A stretch of DNA of 64,000 bases from IMG/VR virus record IMGVR_UViG_3300044638_004964, positions 1 through 64,000 of that record; one strand, written 5' to 3'. The stretch is from a virus. A program made the translations under genes and the position numbers. This document shows, one piece after another, positions 1-8,307 of the stretch (positions within the stretch are counted from its first letter, which is position 1; every line of letters starts with the position of its first letter). Below the pieces are notes generated by a model. That model searched no databases. It was not told where the DNA came from and was given only the letters and a program-made list of their open reading frames with translations.

Positions 1-350
1 TAATTAATGGTCAGAAAACGGTCGAAACCCGCTCCTATCGACTCCCCACAAGATTAGAGGGAGTTGAGTTGGCACTAATTGAAACTCCGGGGAAATCGGC
101 TAAGTTTAAGAGTAGAATTATCGGAACCATAACTTTTAGTCATTGTTTTCAATATCAGAATAAAGGTCACTGGGCTTTTGATTATGAAAGACATTGTGTT
201 CATATTACTAATGAGTATGGTTGGAAAGATGATAAGCCTAAGTTTGGATGGGTTGTAAAATCTGTCAATAAATTTGAAAATCCAGTTGACCCTCCAGTTA
301 AACGTGGTATAATTTACGCTAAAGACTGCCTTTTGGAGAAATTTACATGA
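1..350 (+). CDS. ASCH/PUA-like domain protein (5' partial)
   Basis: Frame 3 is open from the window edge and reads INGQKTVETRSY, the ASCH GxKxxExR motif, then continues into ORF 69..350. Confidence 0.7.
   Translation, partial: INGQKTVETRSYRLPTRLEGVELALIETPGKSAKFKSRIIGTITFSHCFQYQNKGHWAFDYERHCVHITNEYGWKDDKPKFGWVVKSVNKFENPVDPPVKRGIIYAKDCLLEKFT
286..313 (+). promoter_or_regulatory. sigma70-like promoter TTGACC-N16-TATAAT (with TGn extension)
   Basis: Near-consensus hexamers upstream of ORF 347; same 16-nt spacer as five other sites. Confidence 0.55.
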
Positions 351-556
351 GATGGGTTTTTATTGTGGCTAGAAATTCAACTATCGAACAAGTGAAAGTA
401 TTTGACGATTATTTTCAGGGAGAGATTCATGCTAATGAGTATCTTAGGATAGGATTTGGGGTCAATGAAGTTGATTTTCCAGAATATCGTAAGGGAGAGT
501 ATTATCAAAGTGCTGATTCTGGAGTGAGCGTTGGTCTTTATAAGGACAATACCTAA
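347..556 (+). CDS. hypothetical protein
   Basis: GGAG SD, ATGA overlap with upstream gene. Confidence 0.6.
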   Translation: MRWVFIVARNSTIEQVKVFDDYFQGEIHANEYLRIGFGVNEVDFPEYRKGEYYQSADSGVSVGLYKDNT

Positions 557-565
557 AAATTCAAG

Positions 566-593
566 TTGACTGCTGAGTATGACGATGTATAAT
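566..593 (+). promoter_or_regulatory. sigma70-like promoter TTGACT-N16-TATAAT
   Basis: Intergenic, near consensus. Confidence 0.65.
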
Positions 594-642
594 GCAAGGG
601 TATCGAAAGGTTATTTTAACAAACACAAACCGGAGTTTTATT

Positions 643-813
643 ATGAGCGTTTTTAAGATTAGTGTTTTGGTTGCTGCTTTTTTGAGCTTTGCTCTTAGTG
701 TTGGTCTTTGGTTCAGTGGTATGCCAGAGGCTAAAGATAGTGGACTTTTTGTAGGTTTGTGGGTTCCTAGTATTCTTAGTCTTGGTAATCTATTCTCTTA
801 TAAGGGAGATTAA
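643..813 (+). CDS. small two-TM membrane protein
   Basis: GGAG SD before ATG 643 (downstream of the promoter); two hydrophobic segments. Confidence 0.6.
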   Translation: MSVFKISVLVAAFLSFALSVGLWFSGMPEAKDSGLFVGLWVPSILSLGNLFSYKGD

Positions 814-815
814 TC

Positions 816-1025
816 ATGGAAATGTTTATTTTTTTTGCAGGACTGATTATTGTTTTGATTGTTAGTTCTGGTTTAGCTATTAGTATTTTGTTTTTGGGTG
901 ACATGAATCCAGACTCTAAACAAAATCGAAGAGTTAATTATACGTTGTCTGATCTGAAAGACAGTGATAATCTTAAAAAACTCATAGCAGAAGTAAAGGA
1001 CTACAAAGAAAAAGTTCCTAGTTGA
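816..1025 (+). CDS. small membrane protein
   Basis: GGGAG SD; N-terminal TM helix. Confidence 0.6.
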   Translation: MEMFIFFAGLIIVLIVSSGLAISILFLGDMNPDSKQNRRVNYTLSDLKDSDNLKKLIAEVKDYKEKVPS

Positions 1026-1041
1026 TTTTTAAAGTTGGTTG

Positions 1042-1069
1042 TTGACAAAAACCGATACTCTAGTATAGT
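1042..1069 (+). promoter_or_regulatory. sigma70-like promoter TTGACA-N16-TATAGT
   Basis: Intergenic, precedes ORF 1094. Confidence 0.65.
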
Positions 1070-1093
1070 AGGGCATACCTTGGAGAAAATCTA

Positions 1094-1258
1094 ATGAGTC
1101 CAACAGTTAAACAAAAAGTTCAAAATTTACTTGATAAGTATTTTATTGGTCAGAACAACTGCGAGTTGGTTATTAAACAAGATGATCTGAATAGTTTTTT
1201 GTCAGAGTATAATACTATTATTATCACTCGCACAGTGGAAGTTTGTGGTCTACACTAA
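1094..1258 (+). CDS. hypothetical protein (54 aa, MSPTVKQKVQ...)
   Basis: Read manually; GGAG SD; below ORF-track cutoff. Confidence 0.55.
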   Translation: MSPTVKQKVQNLLDKYFIGQNNCELVIKQDDLNSFLSEYNTIIITRTVEVCGLH

Positions 1259-1275
1259 TTATATTGGAGAAAAAC

Positions 1276-1605
1276 ATGACAGTTCAACAGCTTCGTAATA
1301 ATGGATATAAGGTTAGGGTTCTTCATAATAGACTTTATAATGGTAGATTTAAGTGGCAAAATCGTAAAATGGTTTTTGAATCGCCCAATCGTGTTATGTA
1401 TAGAGTTGATAGTTCTATTGAACCAGATACTAAAGGTGGTTCCACACACATTATAATTGATAGTCCATCTGGCGATCATTATGAAGGAGTAGCTCTTTGT
1501 AGTATTAAGGATAACTACAATAAGAAACTGGGCGTTAGAATTGCTCTTGGGCGATGCAATATTAAACAACCTATTTATGTTAAAGTTGAGGTTGAAAATG
1601 ACTAA
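1276..1605 (+). CDS. hypothetical protein, paralog of 7263..7505
   Basis: GGAG SD before ATG 1276; shares LRNxGYKVxVxH, TKGG, CS..D.(F/Y)NKKLG.RIA.GR with 7263. Confidence 0.7.
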   Translation: MTVQQLRNNGYKVRVLHNRLYNGRFKWQNRKMVFESPNRVMYRVDSSIEPDTKGGSTHIIIDSPSGDHYEGVALCSIKDNYNKKLGVRIALGRCNIKQPIYVKVEVEND

Positions 1606-1759
1606 TGAAGAAAAACTTGAAGAAATTAAGCTAATGTGCTTGGGCATTATGCAAAAATGGAGCCAAAAATCTTCATATAATGATCCTTATGAAGATGGTA
1701 GAATTGTTGGTCGATCCACATTAGCAGAAACTATTCTGGAGATCATTAATAATGGCTAA
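1598..1759 (+). CDS. hypothetical protein
   Basis: GAGG SD, overlapping operon organisation. Confidence 0.5.
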   Translation: MTNEEKLEEIKLMCLGIMQKWSQKSSYNDPYEDGRIVGRSTLAETILEIINNG

Positions 1760-1952
1760 AAATTTTGAAGATTTGATGAAGAAAACTTGTTCCAAAGATG
1801 TGATCGTTCAAGGATACAAGAAAACTATGAACTATTTTGCAGAATATATTGGACTTCATAAGAATGAATACAATTTATTGCCGGATGGTTTTTCTAAAAT
1901 TACAACCAAGGGAAAGAAACCAAAAAGGCGTGACCCGTCACGAAGATGGTAA
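1752..1952 (+). CDS. hypothetical protein
   Basis: GGAG SD, overlapping operon organisation. Confidence 0.5.
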   Translation: MAKNFEDLMKKTCSKDVIVQGYKKTMNYFAEYIGLHKNEYNLLPDGFSKITTKGKKPKRRDPSRRW

Positions 1953-2224
1953 TGAGAACGTATAAAGAAAAAACTATAAAAGTTGTTGATACGATCATGT
2001 GTGATGTCTGTGGCAAAAATTGCACAGATGATTATGGTAATCATGAAAATGCCACGCTTGAAGCTTTGTGGGGATATTCAAGTCGTAAAGATAATCAAAG
2101 ATTTGAAATTCATCTTTGTGAATATTGCTTTGATGAAACACTAGACCTTTTGAAAAAGAAAAGAAAAAGTATTTTGGGGCCGTTTAGTTATCCTTATGAA
2201 ATTGACCCTTTGGATGGAGTATGA
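1946..2224 (+). CDS. zinc-finger protein
   Basis: CDVC ... CEYC Cys pairs. Confidence 0.55.
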   Translation: MVMRTYKEKTIKVVDTIMCDVCGKNCTDDYGNHENATLEALWGYSSRKDNQRFEIHLCEYCFDETLDLLKKKRKSILGPFSYPYEIDPLDGV

Positions 2225-2826
2225 ATAATTCAATAACTCTTGTCGGGGATATCCACGGCAAATATAAGCGTATGCACGAAATTATTCGTGAGAAAAACAA
2301 ACACGAATATATAGTTGCTTTAGGCGATGTAGGATTTGACTTTTCCACATTGAATAATGTTGATCCAGATAAATTCAAAATTGTTGGTGGCAACCATGAC
2401 AATTATGATAAAATAATTAACATTCCCCATTACTTGGGAGATTATGGATATACAACTCTTAATGGAATATCATTCTATTTTTATAGAGGAGCCTATTCTA
2501 TTGATCGTCAATATCGTACTATAGGTATTGACTGGTGGGAGGATGAACAAAATAATATTGAAACTTTTATGAAAGCTAGAGAACTATACAGAGAGATCAA
2601 GCCAGATATTTTTTTAGCTCATGCTTGTCCAGATTTTATGGTTCCTGAATATATAGGACCATATGCCAAAAGATATGAGAATATTACTGGCTGGGCTTTA
2701 GGAGAATTGTATAAAATTCATCAACCAAAGCTTTTTATTCATGGTCATTATCATGTTAGTAAGAATACCCAATATGGGGACACTAAATTTGTTTGCCTTA
2801 ATGAATTAGAAACCTATAAAATATGA
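2221..2826 (+). CDS. calcineurin-like metallophosphoesterase
   Basis: GDIHG, GDVG, GNHD, AHA and HGHYH motifs. Confidence 0.9.
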   Translation: MNNSITLVGDIHGKYKRMHEIIREKNKHEYIVALGDVGFDFSTLNNVDPDKFKIVGGNHDNYDKIINIPHYLGDYGYTTLNGISFYFYRGAYSIDRQYRTIGIDWWEDEQNNIETFMKARELYREIKPDIFLAHACPDFMVPEYIGPYAKRYENITGWALGELYKIHQPKLFIHGHYHVSKNTQYGDTKFVCLNELETYKI

Positions 2827-2876
2827 TTTTTGGTGTATGGATATATGTACCCAATCATAACACAGGATCTTAAAAA

Positions 2877-3674
2877 ATGGAAAAGACATTAAAAAAGCTA
2901 TTCATAACAGAGCAAAAATCTGCACCAGAAATTGCCAAAATATTAGGATTTACTACAAATCAGATATATGGTAAATTGAGTAAATATGGTATAAGAAAAA
3001 ACAAACCCAGAGTTACTCAATGGTTCAATAAGACGTTGAAAAATTTAACAGATGAAGATATTTACTTGTTGGGATTTTTATGGGCAGATGGATATTTAAA
3101 TGCTCAAAATGCTAAAACAAATAACTATCACAATCTACAATGTACAATAGTTTATAATGATTTCCTAGATCTTAAACCAATCTTTAATAAGGTAGGTAAT
3201 TGGGGAGAATACATAAAAGAAGCAAGTATAAAAGATGGAGTATGTAGACAAAAATCAATTATTTTAACAATAAGCGATACTAAGTGGAACAGTATATTAT
3301 GCTCTGTAGATTTTGACAAGAAAGGATATGTTTCTCCAACCAAGCTATTAAAAAAAATACCAAAAAAGAAACACTATCTTTTTTATAGAGGATATGTTGA
3401 TGGTGATGGCTGTTTTTACATCACAGATAAAGCAAAACATTTTTTTATAGGTAGTACATATAATCAAGATTGGTCACATATAGAATCTTTATTTACAAAG
3501 TTGAAAATTAAACACTACAAAATAAAAAAATATGTATCAAAAACTGGCTATAAAGATTCAAGAATCAGAATTTCTAGTATTGATGGTATTGAAAAAATAG
3601 CAAAGTACCTCTATCAAGATAGATTAGATATGGGACTAAAAAGAAAATACGAGAAAGTTAAAGTTTATTGTTGA
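2877..3674 (+). CDS. free-standing double-motif LAGLIDADG homing endonuclease with N-terminal HTH
   Basis: YLLGFLWADG and FYRGYVDGDG motifs; LKRKYEK C-terminus; KSAPEIAKILG HTH. Confidence 0.8.
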   Translation: MEKTLKKLFITEQKSAPEIAKILGFTTNQIYGKLSKYGIRKNKPRVTQWFNKTLKNLTDEDIYLLGFLWADGYLNAQNAKTNNYHNLQCTIVYNDFLDLKPIFNKVGNWGEYIKEASIKDGVCRQKSIILTISDTKWNSILCSVDFDKKGYVSPTKLLKKIPKKKHYLFYRGYVDGDGCFYITDKAKHFFIGSTYNQDWSHIESLFTKLKIKHYKIKKYVSKTGYKDSRIRISSIDGIEKIAKYLYQDRLDMGLKRKYEKVKVYC

Positions 3675-3698
3675 CAAATGACTATAAAGAGATACAAT
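3671..3698 (+). promoter_or_regulatory. sigma70-like promoter TTGACA-N16-TACAAT
   Basis: Near consensus; predicted start site coincides with a structured element at 3705. Confidence 0.65.
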
Positions 3699-3704
3699 CA
3701 GAAT

Positions 3705-3804
3705 GTTGATGCCGAAAGGTCGGGGTAGCGGGTATCCTCACAATCAACTTCCGTAGGTTTTGTTTGCAGAAAAGTTTTCGTAAATTAACCAAAACCAATT
3801 CTGC
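3705..3804 (+). ncRNA. candidate structured leader or small RNA
   Basis: GTTGAT/ATCAAC stem enclosing GCC-GAAA-GGT and GGGGTA/TATCCT hairpins, then a GGTTTTG/CAAAACC hairpin. Confidence 0.4.
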
Positions 3805-3823
3805 TTTAATATAAGGAATAATT

Positions 3824-3979
3824 ATGAGTGAAGATGAAAGGTTTGTCCTATTTTGGCTATACAATACCGTTGCTAAAAAGATGCCAGAAAATCCCTATGG
3901 TTCTAATGATATTATACTGAATGGAATTAATATTACAGAAACCGTTAGAGAATTACCTAAAGATAGGATATTTATATGA
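3824..3979 (+). CDS. 51-aa protein, paralog of 5483..5641
   Basis: AAGGA SD; MSEDERFVLFW...DIILNGINITETVRELPKDRIFI. Confidence 0.65.
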   Translation: MSEDERFVLFWLYNTVAKKMPENPYGSNDIILNGINITETVRELPKDRIFI

Positions 3980-4413
3980 GAGACTCCAATAAACTAACTT
4001 ATGACGAGTTAGTTCAAATAAATGACGAACTAAGATATATCATAGCTGACTTGAAAAAAGAAAAAGCAGAATTTGAAAAATGCACAGCCAGAGTTTATTC
4101 ACCTAATAAAAGTTATAAAGACTTAGAAGAAAAACTAGCAAACTCAGAAGAGCAAAGAAAAAAAGATATAGATGAATTATGGACAACAAGAATAATCCCT
4201 TTACAAAAGAAAACTGAAGAACAAGATATTAAACTTAATAATGCATTTAAGTCTGATCTTAATAATTTGCAACGAATTAAAGACTTGGAAAGAGTGATAG
4301 AGAAACAAAATGTTGTTATTAATCTTGCTGCTGGCTACATTAGTTCAACTCCTCAGTTTAGTAATGAGCATCCTATCAATGTAAAAAAGTGGTTGATGGG
4401 AGGAATGGAGTGA
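3976..4413 (+). CDS. coiled-coil hypothetical protein
   Basis: Heptad-like charged sequence; ATGA overlap. Confidence 0.6.
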   Translation: MRDSNKLTYDELVQINDELRYIIADLKKEKAEFEKCTARVYSPNKSYKDLEEKLANSEEQRKKDIDELWTTRIIPLQKKTEEQDIKLNNAFKSDLNNLQRIKDLERVIEKQNVVINLAAGYISSTPQFSNEHPINVKKWLMGGME

Positions 4414-4622
4414 AATATATTTGTTTATTGATTCTAATACTAATGCCTATTGGTCAACACTATACTTTACAGCATAATACTCCAGTATGGTTTTGTATTC
4501 CAGATGAACTAGGTTGGACAAGAGGTAATGTGGTATACTTATGGGGATATTACCCCATGATACATAGCGAAATAGGATTAATGGAATTTAATGATGTTAT
4601 ATGGGAAACAAGATATGAATAA
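4410..4622 (+). CDS. hypothetical protein with hydrophobic N-terminus
   Basis: GTGA overlap with GGAGG upstream; in frame with track ORF 4389. Confidence 0.45.
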   Translation: MKYICLLILILMPIGQHYTLQHNTPVWFCIPDELGWTRGNVVYLWGYYPMIHSEIGLMEFNDVIWETRYE

Positions 4623-4851
4623 ATATAAAATATGTAAATTTGTTAATGATAACGATGAAGAATGGTATCAAATTTTAAAAAAGGGATGGTTATTCTGGTC
4701 TTATATGTCATCGTATACAGGAGTTGGGCCGCTTAGAACCATTGATAAATTCTCTAATATAGAACAAGCACAAAAACATATTAATGATGATATAAAATAC
4801 GATAAACGTAAAATAATTAAGAAAGTAGAGTGTTTTGATTATGGACTTTAA
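4615..4851 (+). CDS. hypothetical protein
   Basis: Likely start ATG 4615 in track ORF 4591. Confidence 0.55.
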   Translation: MNKYKICKFVNDNDEEWYQILKKGWLFWSYMSSYTGVGPLRTIDKFSNIEQAQKHINDDIKYDKRKIIKKVECFDYGL

Positions 4852-4978
4852 AAACTATACTGATCCAGTAACTACTTTTGTGGTTTTTTTCGTAGCCAGT
4901 TTTGCCGTATTGGGAGTAATAACGGCATTATGTTTGATTGGACTAGGAATATGGAAATTTGTGGAGTTAATATCGTGA
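4841..4978 (+). CDS. small membrane protein (MDFKNYTDP...)
   Basis: Read manually; long hydrophobic stretch; fills the gap between overlapping genes. Confidence 0.45.
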   Translation: MDFKNYTDPVTTFVVFFVASFAVLGVITALCLIGLGIWKFVELIS

Positions 4979-5490
4979 ATACTAAAATAGAACCCTATCA
5001 ACAGCTTCTTATAGTATCCGCTATAATTTTGTTCATATTATCATTTTTTATACCTGAAAAATATAACTTATATGACTATCTAAAATCTATACGATTACAA
5101 TCTTATAACGAGAAACATAAAGAAATCTTCATCAAATGCTTGTATTGTAAAGGTACTGGGGAACGAGAAGAAGATGTTAATGAACTAATGTATCAAGCCA
5201 AAATGGCATTATGGTTCAATAAACACATCAATATTGACAGATGCAAAGTTTGTGATATGATTGAAGACAAAGATCAATATCCTTTTGGTGGTAAATTTCT
5301 TTGTTCATTAGCTCAAACCACATTTATGAATATGATGAAAGAATATGCTGAGATGGGGCCAAAAGTAGAAAAAACAGGCTGTAGTAAATGTATGGGTATG
5401 GGAACATTCTCAAGTTTTGATATGAAAACAGGAAAGTATTTAACTCAAGAAGAATACGAACTTAAAGAAAAGGCTAAATCAAATGACTGA
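4975..5490 (+). CDS. membrane-anchored DnaJ-type zinc-finger protein
   Basis: N-terminal TM; CLYCKGTG and CSKCMGMG (CxxCxGxG) plus CKVC. Confidence 0.55.
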   Translation: MNTKIEPYQQLLIVSAIILFILSFFIPEKYNLYDYLKSIRLQSYNEKHKEIFIKCLYCKGTGEREEDVNELMYQAKMALWFNKHINIDRCKVCDMIEDKDQYPFGGKFLCSLAQTTFMNMMKEYAEMGPKVEKTGCSKCMGMGTFSSFDMKTGKYLTQEEYELKEKAKSND

Positions 5491-5641
5491 AGATGAAAAA
5501 TTTGCAATTTTTTGGTGTTTTAATCGGGCTATGGAACGTGTAGAACAAAGTATAGTCACCGATTATAGAGATATTATTGTTGATGGTGTTAATATACATG
5601 AAACAATAAAAGAATTACTACAGGATAGGCTGTTTGTATGA
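5483..5641 (+). CDS. 52-aa protein, paralog of 3824..3979
   Basis: MTEDEKFAIFW...DIIVDGVNIHETIKELLQDRLFV. Confidence 0.65.
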   Translation: MTEDEKFAIFWCFNRAMERVEQSIVTDYRDIIVDGVNIHETIKELLQDRLFV

Positions 5642-5757
5642 GCGAAGAACTACCAGACAGTAAAATACCTTGGTTTGATAATGAGTATGAGGGTGTGTAT
5701 AGTGATGATCCAGAACATGGATACCCATATGATATGGGAACAAAAGTACAGGAATAA
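5638..5757 (+). CDS. small acidic hypothetical protein
   Basis: ATGA overlap; fills the gap to ORF 5760. Confidence 0.45.
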   Translation: MSEELPDSKIPWFDNEYEGVYSDDPEHGYPYDMGTKVQE

Positions 5758-5759
5758 CT

Positions 5760-5969
5760 ATGCTTAAAAACAAGAACCCAATGTTTGATATGGACAATTA
5801 TATTAATCAGTTACAAAAGACTATTGATCAACAAAAATATATCATAGAATCTCTTAAGACTGAGATTAAAACTCAAAGAAAAGAAATAGCAGCACTACGT
5901 GAAGAGCGTAGGCATTTCCTAAAAGATGATCAACCACCAAATTTTGACTACAACCCATCAATTGAGTAA
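5760..5969 (+). CDS. coiled-coil hypothetical protein
   Basis: ORF track; AGGA SD. Confidence 0.55.
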   Translation: MLKNKNPMFDMDNYINQLQKTIDQQKYIIESLKTEIKTQRKEIAALREERRHFLKDDQPPNFDYNPSIE

Positions 5970-5975
5970 ATTATT

Positions 5976-6251
5976 ATGAATGAAAATGCTACACCATTAG
6001 ATGCTATAATTGATTTTGCTTTGAAGTCTGGCGCTAGTTTATTTATTACAAACAACGCCAAAGATGAACTAAAGAGACTGCGTGAAGAGGTCGATAATCT
6101 TCATAGTCAGCTTGACAAACCAGTAGCATGGGCTAGAATAAACAAACGAGGAGACTTGTATGATCTTAGACTATGTTTAAACCCATACATCAATCCCCAA
6201 GAAATCGTACCACTTTACGCAAACAGAAAAGGATACAACAATGAAACTTGA
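5976..6251 (+). CDS. hypothetical protein
   Basis: ORF track; operon context. Confidence 0.55.
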   Translation: MNENATPLDAIIDFALKSGASLFITNNAKDELKRLREEVDNLHSQLDKPVAWARINKRGDLYDLRLCLNPYINPQEIVPLYANRKGYNNET

Positions 6252-6447
6252 AGTTTATAGCATTGGCAGCAAGGTTAAGCTGGCAGAGGACGTTTATGGA
6301 ACTATAAATAGTATTGCTATTCATGGTGATAATAGCGTAACATATGAATGCGGATGGTGGAATGGTCGCTCATACGATACTAGATGGTTTTATAATGATC
6401 AAATTGAAGTAACAATTGCTGAAAAGACAAAGATAGGTTTTGCTTGA
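6241..6447 (+). CDS. small SH3-like hypothetical protein
   Basis: AGGA SD; IGSKVKL ... YECGWW pattern. Confidence 0.55.
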   Translation: MKLEVYSIGSKVKLAEDVYGTINSIAIHGDNSVTYECGWWNGRSYDTRWFYNDQIEVTIAEKTKIGFA

Positions 6448-6451
6448 AAGC

Positions 6452-6523
6452 GGCCCCATAGTTAAATGGATATAACAACTTTCTTCTAAAAAGTGATTAG
6501 GGGTTCGATTCCTCTTGGGGCTA
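6452..6523 (+). tRNA. tRNA-Arg(UCU), CCA not encoded
   Basis: Acceptor GGCCCCA/TGGGGCT; D stem GTTA/TAAC; anticodon stem ACTTT/AAAGT with loop CT-TCT-AA; T arm AGGGG-TTCGATT-CCTCT. Confidence 0.93.
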
Positions 6524-6527
6524 TAAT

Positions 6528-6827
6528 ATGTTTGAACCAGAATGGATGGAATATTTTCAAAGAGAATCACCATTTTCGTATTATTGTGTTATATTTTTAT
6601 GGTACTTAGCCAAGATACTATTTTATTTTTCTTATCTAGTTCTACTGTTTCTTTTAATGGTTCCTTTCTTTATGATATATTCTGGCACCAAAGCAATTAA
6701 AATTAAACTAATAGAAGACAAGCATCATAAAAAACTACGCAAAGAAAAAGAAAAGCATCAAGAGATTCATCAAAAATTATATTTTGACCATTTAGATAAA
6801 AATATAAACAAGAAGAAAAAACACTAA
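6528..6827 (+). CDS. membrane protein
   Basis: Long hydrophobic segment followed by a basic tail. Confidence 0.55.
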   Translation: MFEPEWMEYFQRESPFSYYCVIFLWYLAKILFYFSYLVLLFLLMVPFFMIYSGTKAIKIKLIEDKHHKKLRKEKEKHQEIHQKLYFDHLDKNINKKKKH

Positions 6828-7108
6828 TGAAAATACAAACAACAGCAACATATGAGTATGATCTTGTGCGTACTTGTTTTGCTTGCCCAGAACAATACGA
6901 AGTATATGATAAAAATAATAAACGAGTTGGGTATCTCAGACTCAGACATGGAGAATTTACAGCGGAGTATCCATACTGTGGCGGGAAAACAGTTTATGAG
7001 TCGTATCCAGATGGAGATGGAATCTTTGAAGAATATGAAAGAATGTTTGAACTAACAAAAGCTATAGAAGCAATTCATGCACAGCTAGTTATAGATAATA
7101 AAATATGA
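6827..7108 (+). CDS. hypothetical phage protein
   Basis: TCFACPEQY...VGYLRLRHG; TAATG overlap. Confidence 0.6.
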   Translation: MKIQTTATYEYDLVRTCFACPEQYEVYDKNNKRVGYLRLRHGEFTAEYPYCGGKTVYESYPDGDGIFEEYERMFELTKAIEAIHAQLVIDNKI

Positions 7109-7262
7109 TAGCACAAGTTTCTATAGTTCGTCGCCCAATATGTCCGACATTTATTCATGATGACACAACAAGAATAATAGTATGTTTAATTGGATTAATT
7201 GTTTGCTGCACGATCTTTTACAAGATAGCAAAAAATTTTAATAAGTAATTGAAAGGAACAGT

Positions 7263-7505
7263 ATGTATATACCAAGTGTTGATGATCTTAGGAATATGGG
7301 ATATAAGGTGAAAGTTATTCATCAGAGAAATAAGGATAATGATGGCACAATCATGACAAAGGGTGGAAAAACAATTATTTTTATTACTGATGAACATGGG
7401 AATACTATTGAATCTCATGCAAGGTGTTCAAGTTTAGACGGTTTTAATAAGAAGCTTGGTATTAGAATTGCTATCGGGAGGGCTTTAAGTCAGATAAATA
7501 AATAA
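7263..7505 (+). CDS. hypothetical protein, paralog of 1276..1605
   Basis: AAGGA SD; shared motifs with 1276. Confidence 0.7.
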   Translation: MYIPSVDDLRNMGYKVKVIHQRNKDNDGTIMTKGGKTIIFITDEHGNTIESHARCSSLDGFNKKLGIRIAIGRALSQINK

Positions 7506-7555
7506 ATAGGTGTATTATAATTTAGGGACGAATATTCCTTAACATAGGAGTCTCT

Positions 7556-7897
7556 ATGAGTAAATCAAGTTTAACAACCGTGTTATTACTATCATGTTTA
7601 ATGTTTATGGCAAGTGTTCAAGCAAAAGATAATAGAAAAGTATTAATAGTATTTTCAGCATCTTGGTGCCAATCGTGCCAAATTGCTAAAAATGACATGG
7701 AAGTTGATGAGAATCTTGTAGAAACTTTGAAAAATTATGAGATCATCGAAGCGGATTATGATGTTGACAAAGACCTAGTACAAGGCTATAATATCAAAAC
7801 GATACCAACGTTTGTGGTATATAGCGGTGGAAAAGAAATTAAAAGAAAAGTTGGATATGACGGGAGAGCTAAAGGATTGAATAGCTTTCTCAAATAA
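7556..7897 (+). CDS. exported thioredoxin-like protein
   Basis: Signal peptide ending VQA; FSASWCQSC active site; IPT cis-Pro motif. Confidence 0.85.
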   Translation: MSKSSLTTVLLLSCLMFMASVQAKDNRKVLIVFSASWCQSCQIAKNDMEVDENLVETLKNYEIIEADYDVDKDLVQGYNIKTIPTFVVYSGGKEIKRKVGYDGRAKGLNSFLK

Positions 7898-7903
7898 GAA
7901 AGA

Positions 7904-8253
7904 GGGCCAGTAAAGGTATCGACAGGTAAAATAGATATAAACTGCATTAACTGGTTAATCGAATGGCCAGTATAAAAATCGATTAAAACTGTTAATTGGC
8001 GAAGTAACTCTCGCTCTCGCTGCCTAATTAATTAGGTAATGAGTGGGGCGGCATGAGCCTTATTACCAAATCATGCTGACGCAGATAATCTGATATGGTA
8101 GCCTTACCAGACATAAATAGGGATGATGATTGTACTCAATCTGACTCAGATAATTCTGATAGCTTTGTTAATTGTGCGATAACAACTAACTAATAATGTA
8201 GAAGTTTATATTGATGTTTATTCTGGACAGGGGTTCGACTCCCCTCTGGTCCA
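7904..8253 (+). ncRNA. ssrA: tmRNA, tag peptide (A)GEVTLALAA at 7998..8027
   Basis: 5' GGGCCAG...TCGAC; 3' GGACAGGGGTTCGACTCCCCTCTGGTCCA; acceptor stem with G3-U wobble (Ala identity); tag ORF ending LAA-stop. Confidence 0.92.
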
Positions 8254-8267
8254 CTGTTTTGGTTTGA

Positions 8268-8283
8268 ACCACATGGATGTGGT
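8268..8283 (+). promoter_or_regulatory. CsrA/RsmA-type hairpin ACCAC-ATGGAT-GTGGT
   Basis: Matches ACANGGAUGU with GGA in the loop, just upstream of the SD of ORF 8308. Confidence 0.4.
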
Positions 8284-8307
8284 ATAGTTTTTAACTTAGG
8301 AGAATTT

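Noticed and set aside
3705-3748. Assignment as c-di-GMP-I riboswitch, SRP RNA or hammerhead
   Set aside because: Only fragments match (GAAA loop, GGTAGCGGG); the required core motifs are missing, so it is kept as an unnamed candidate
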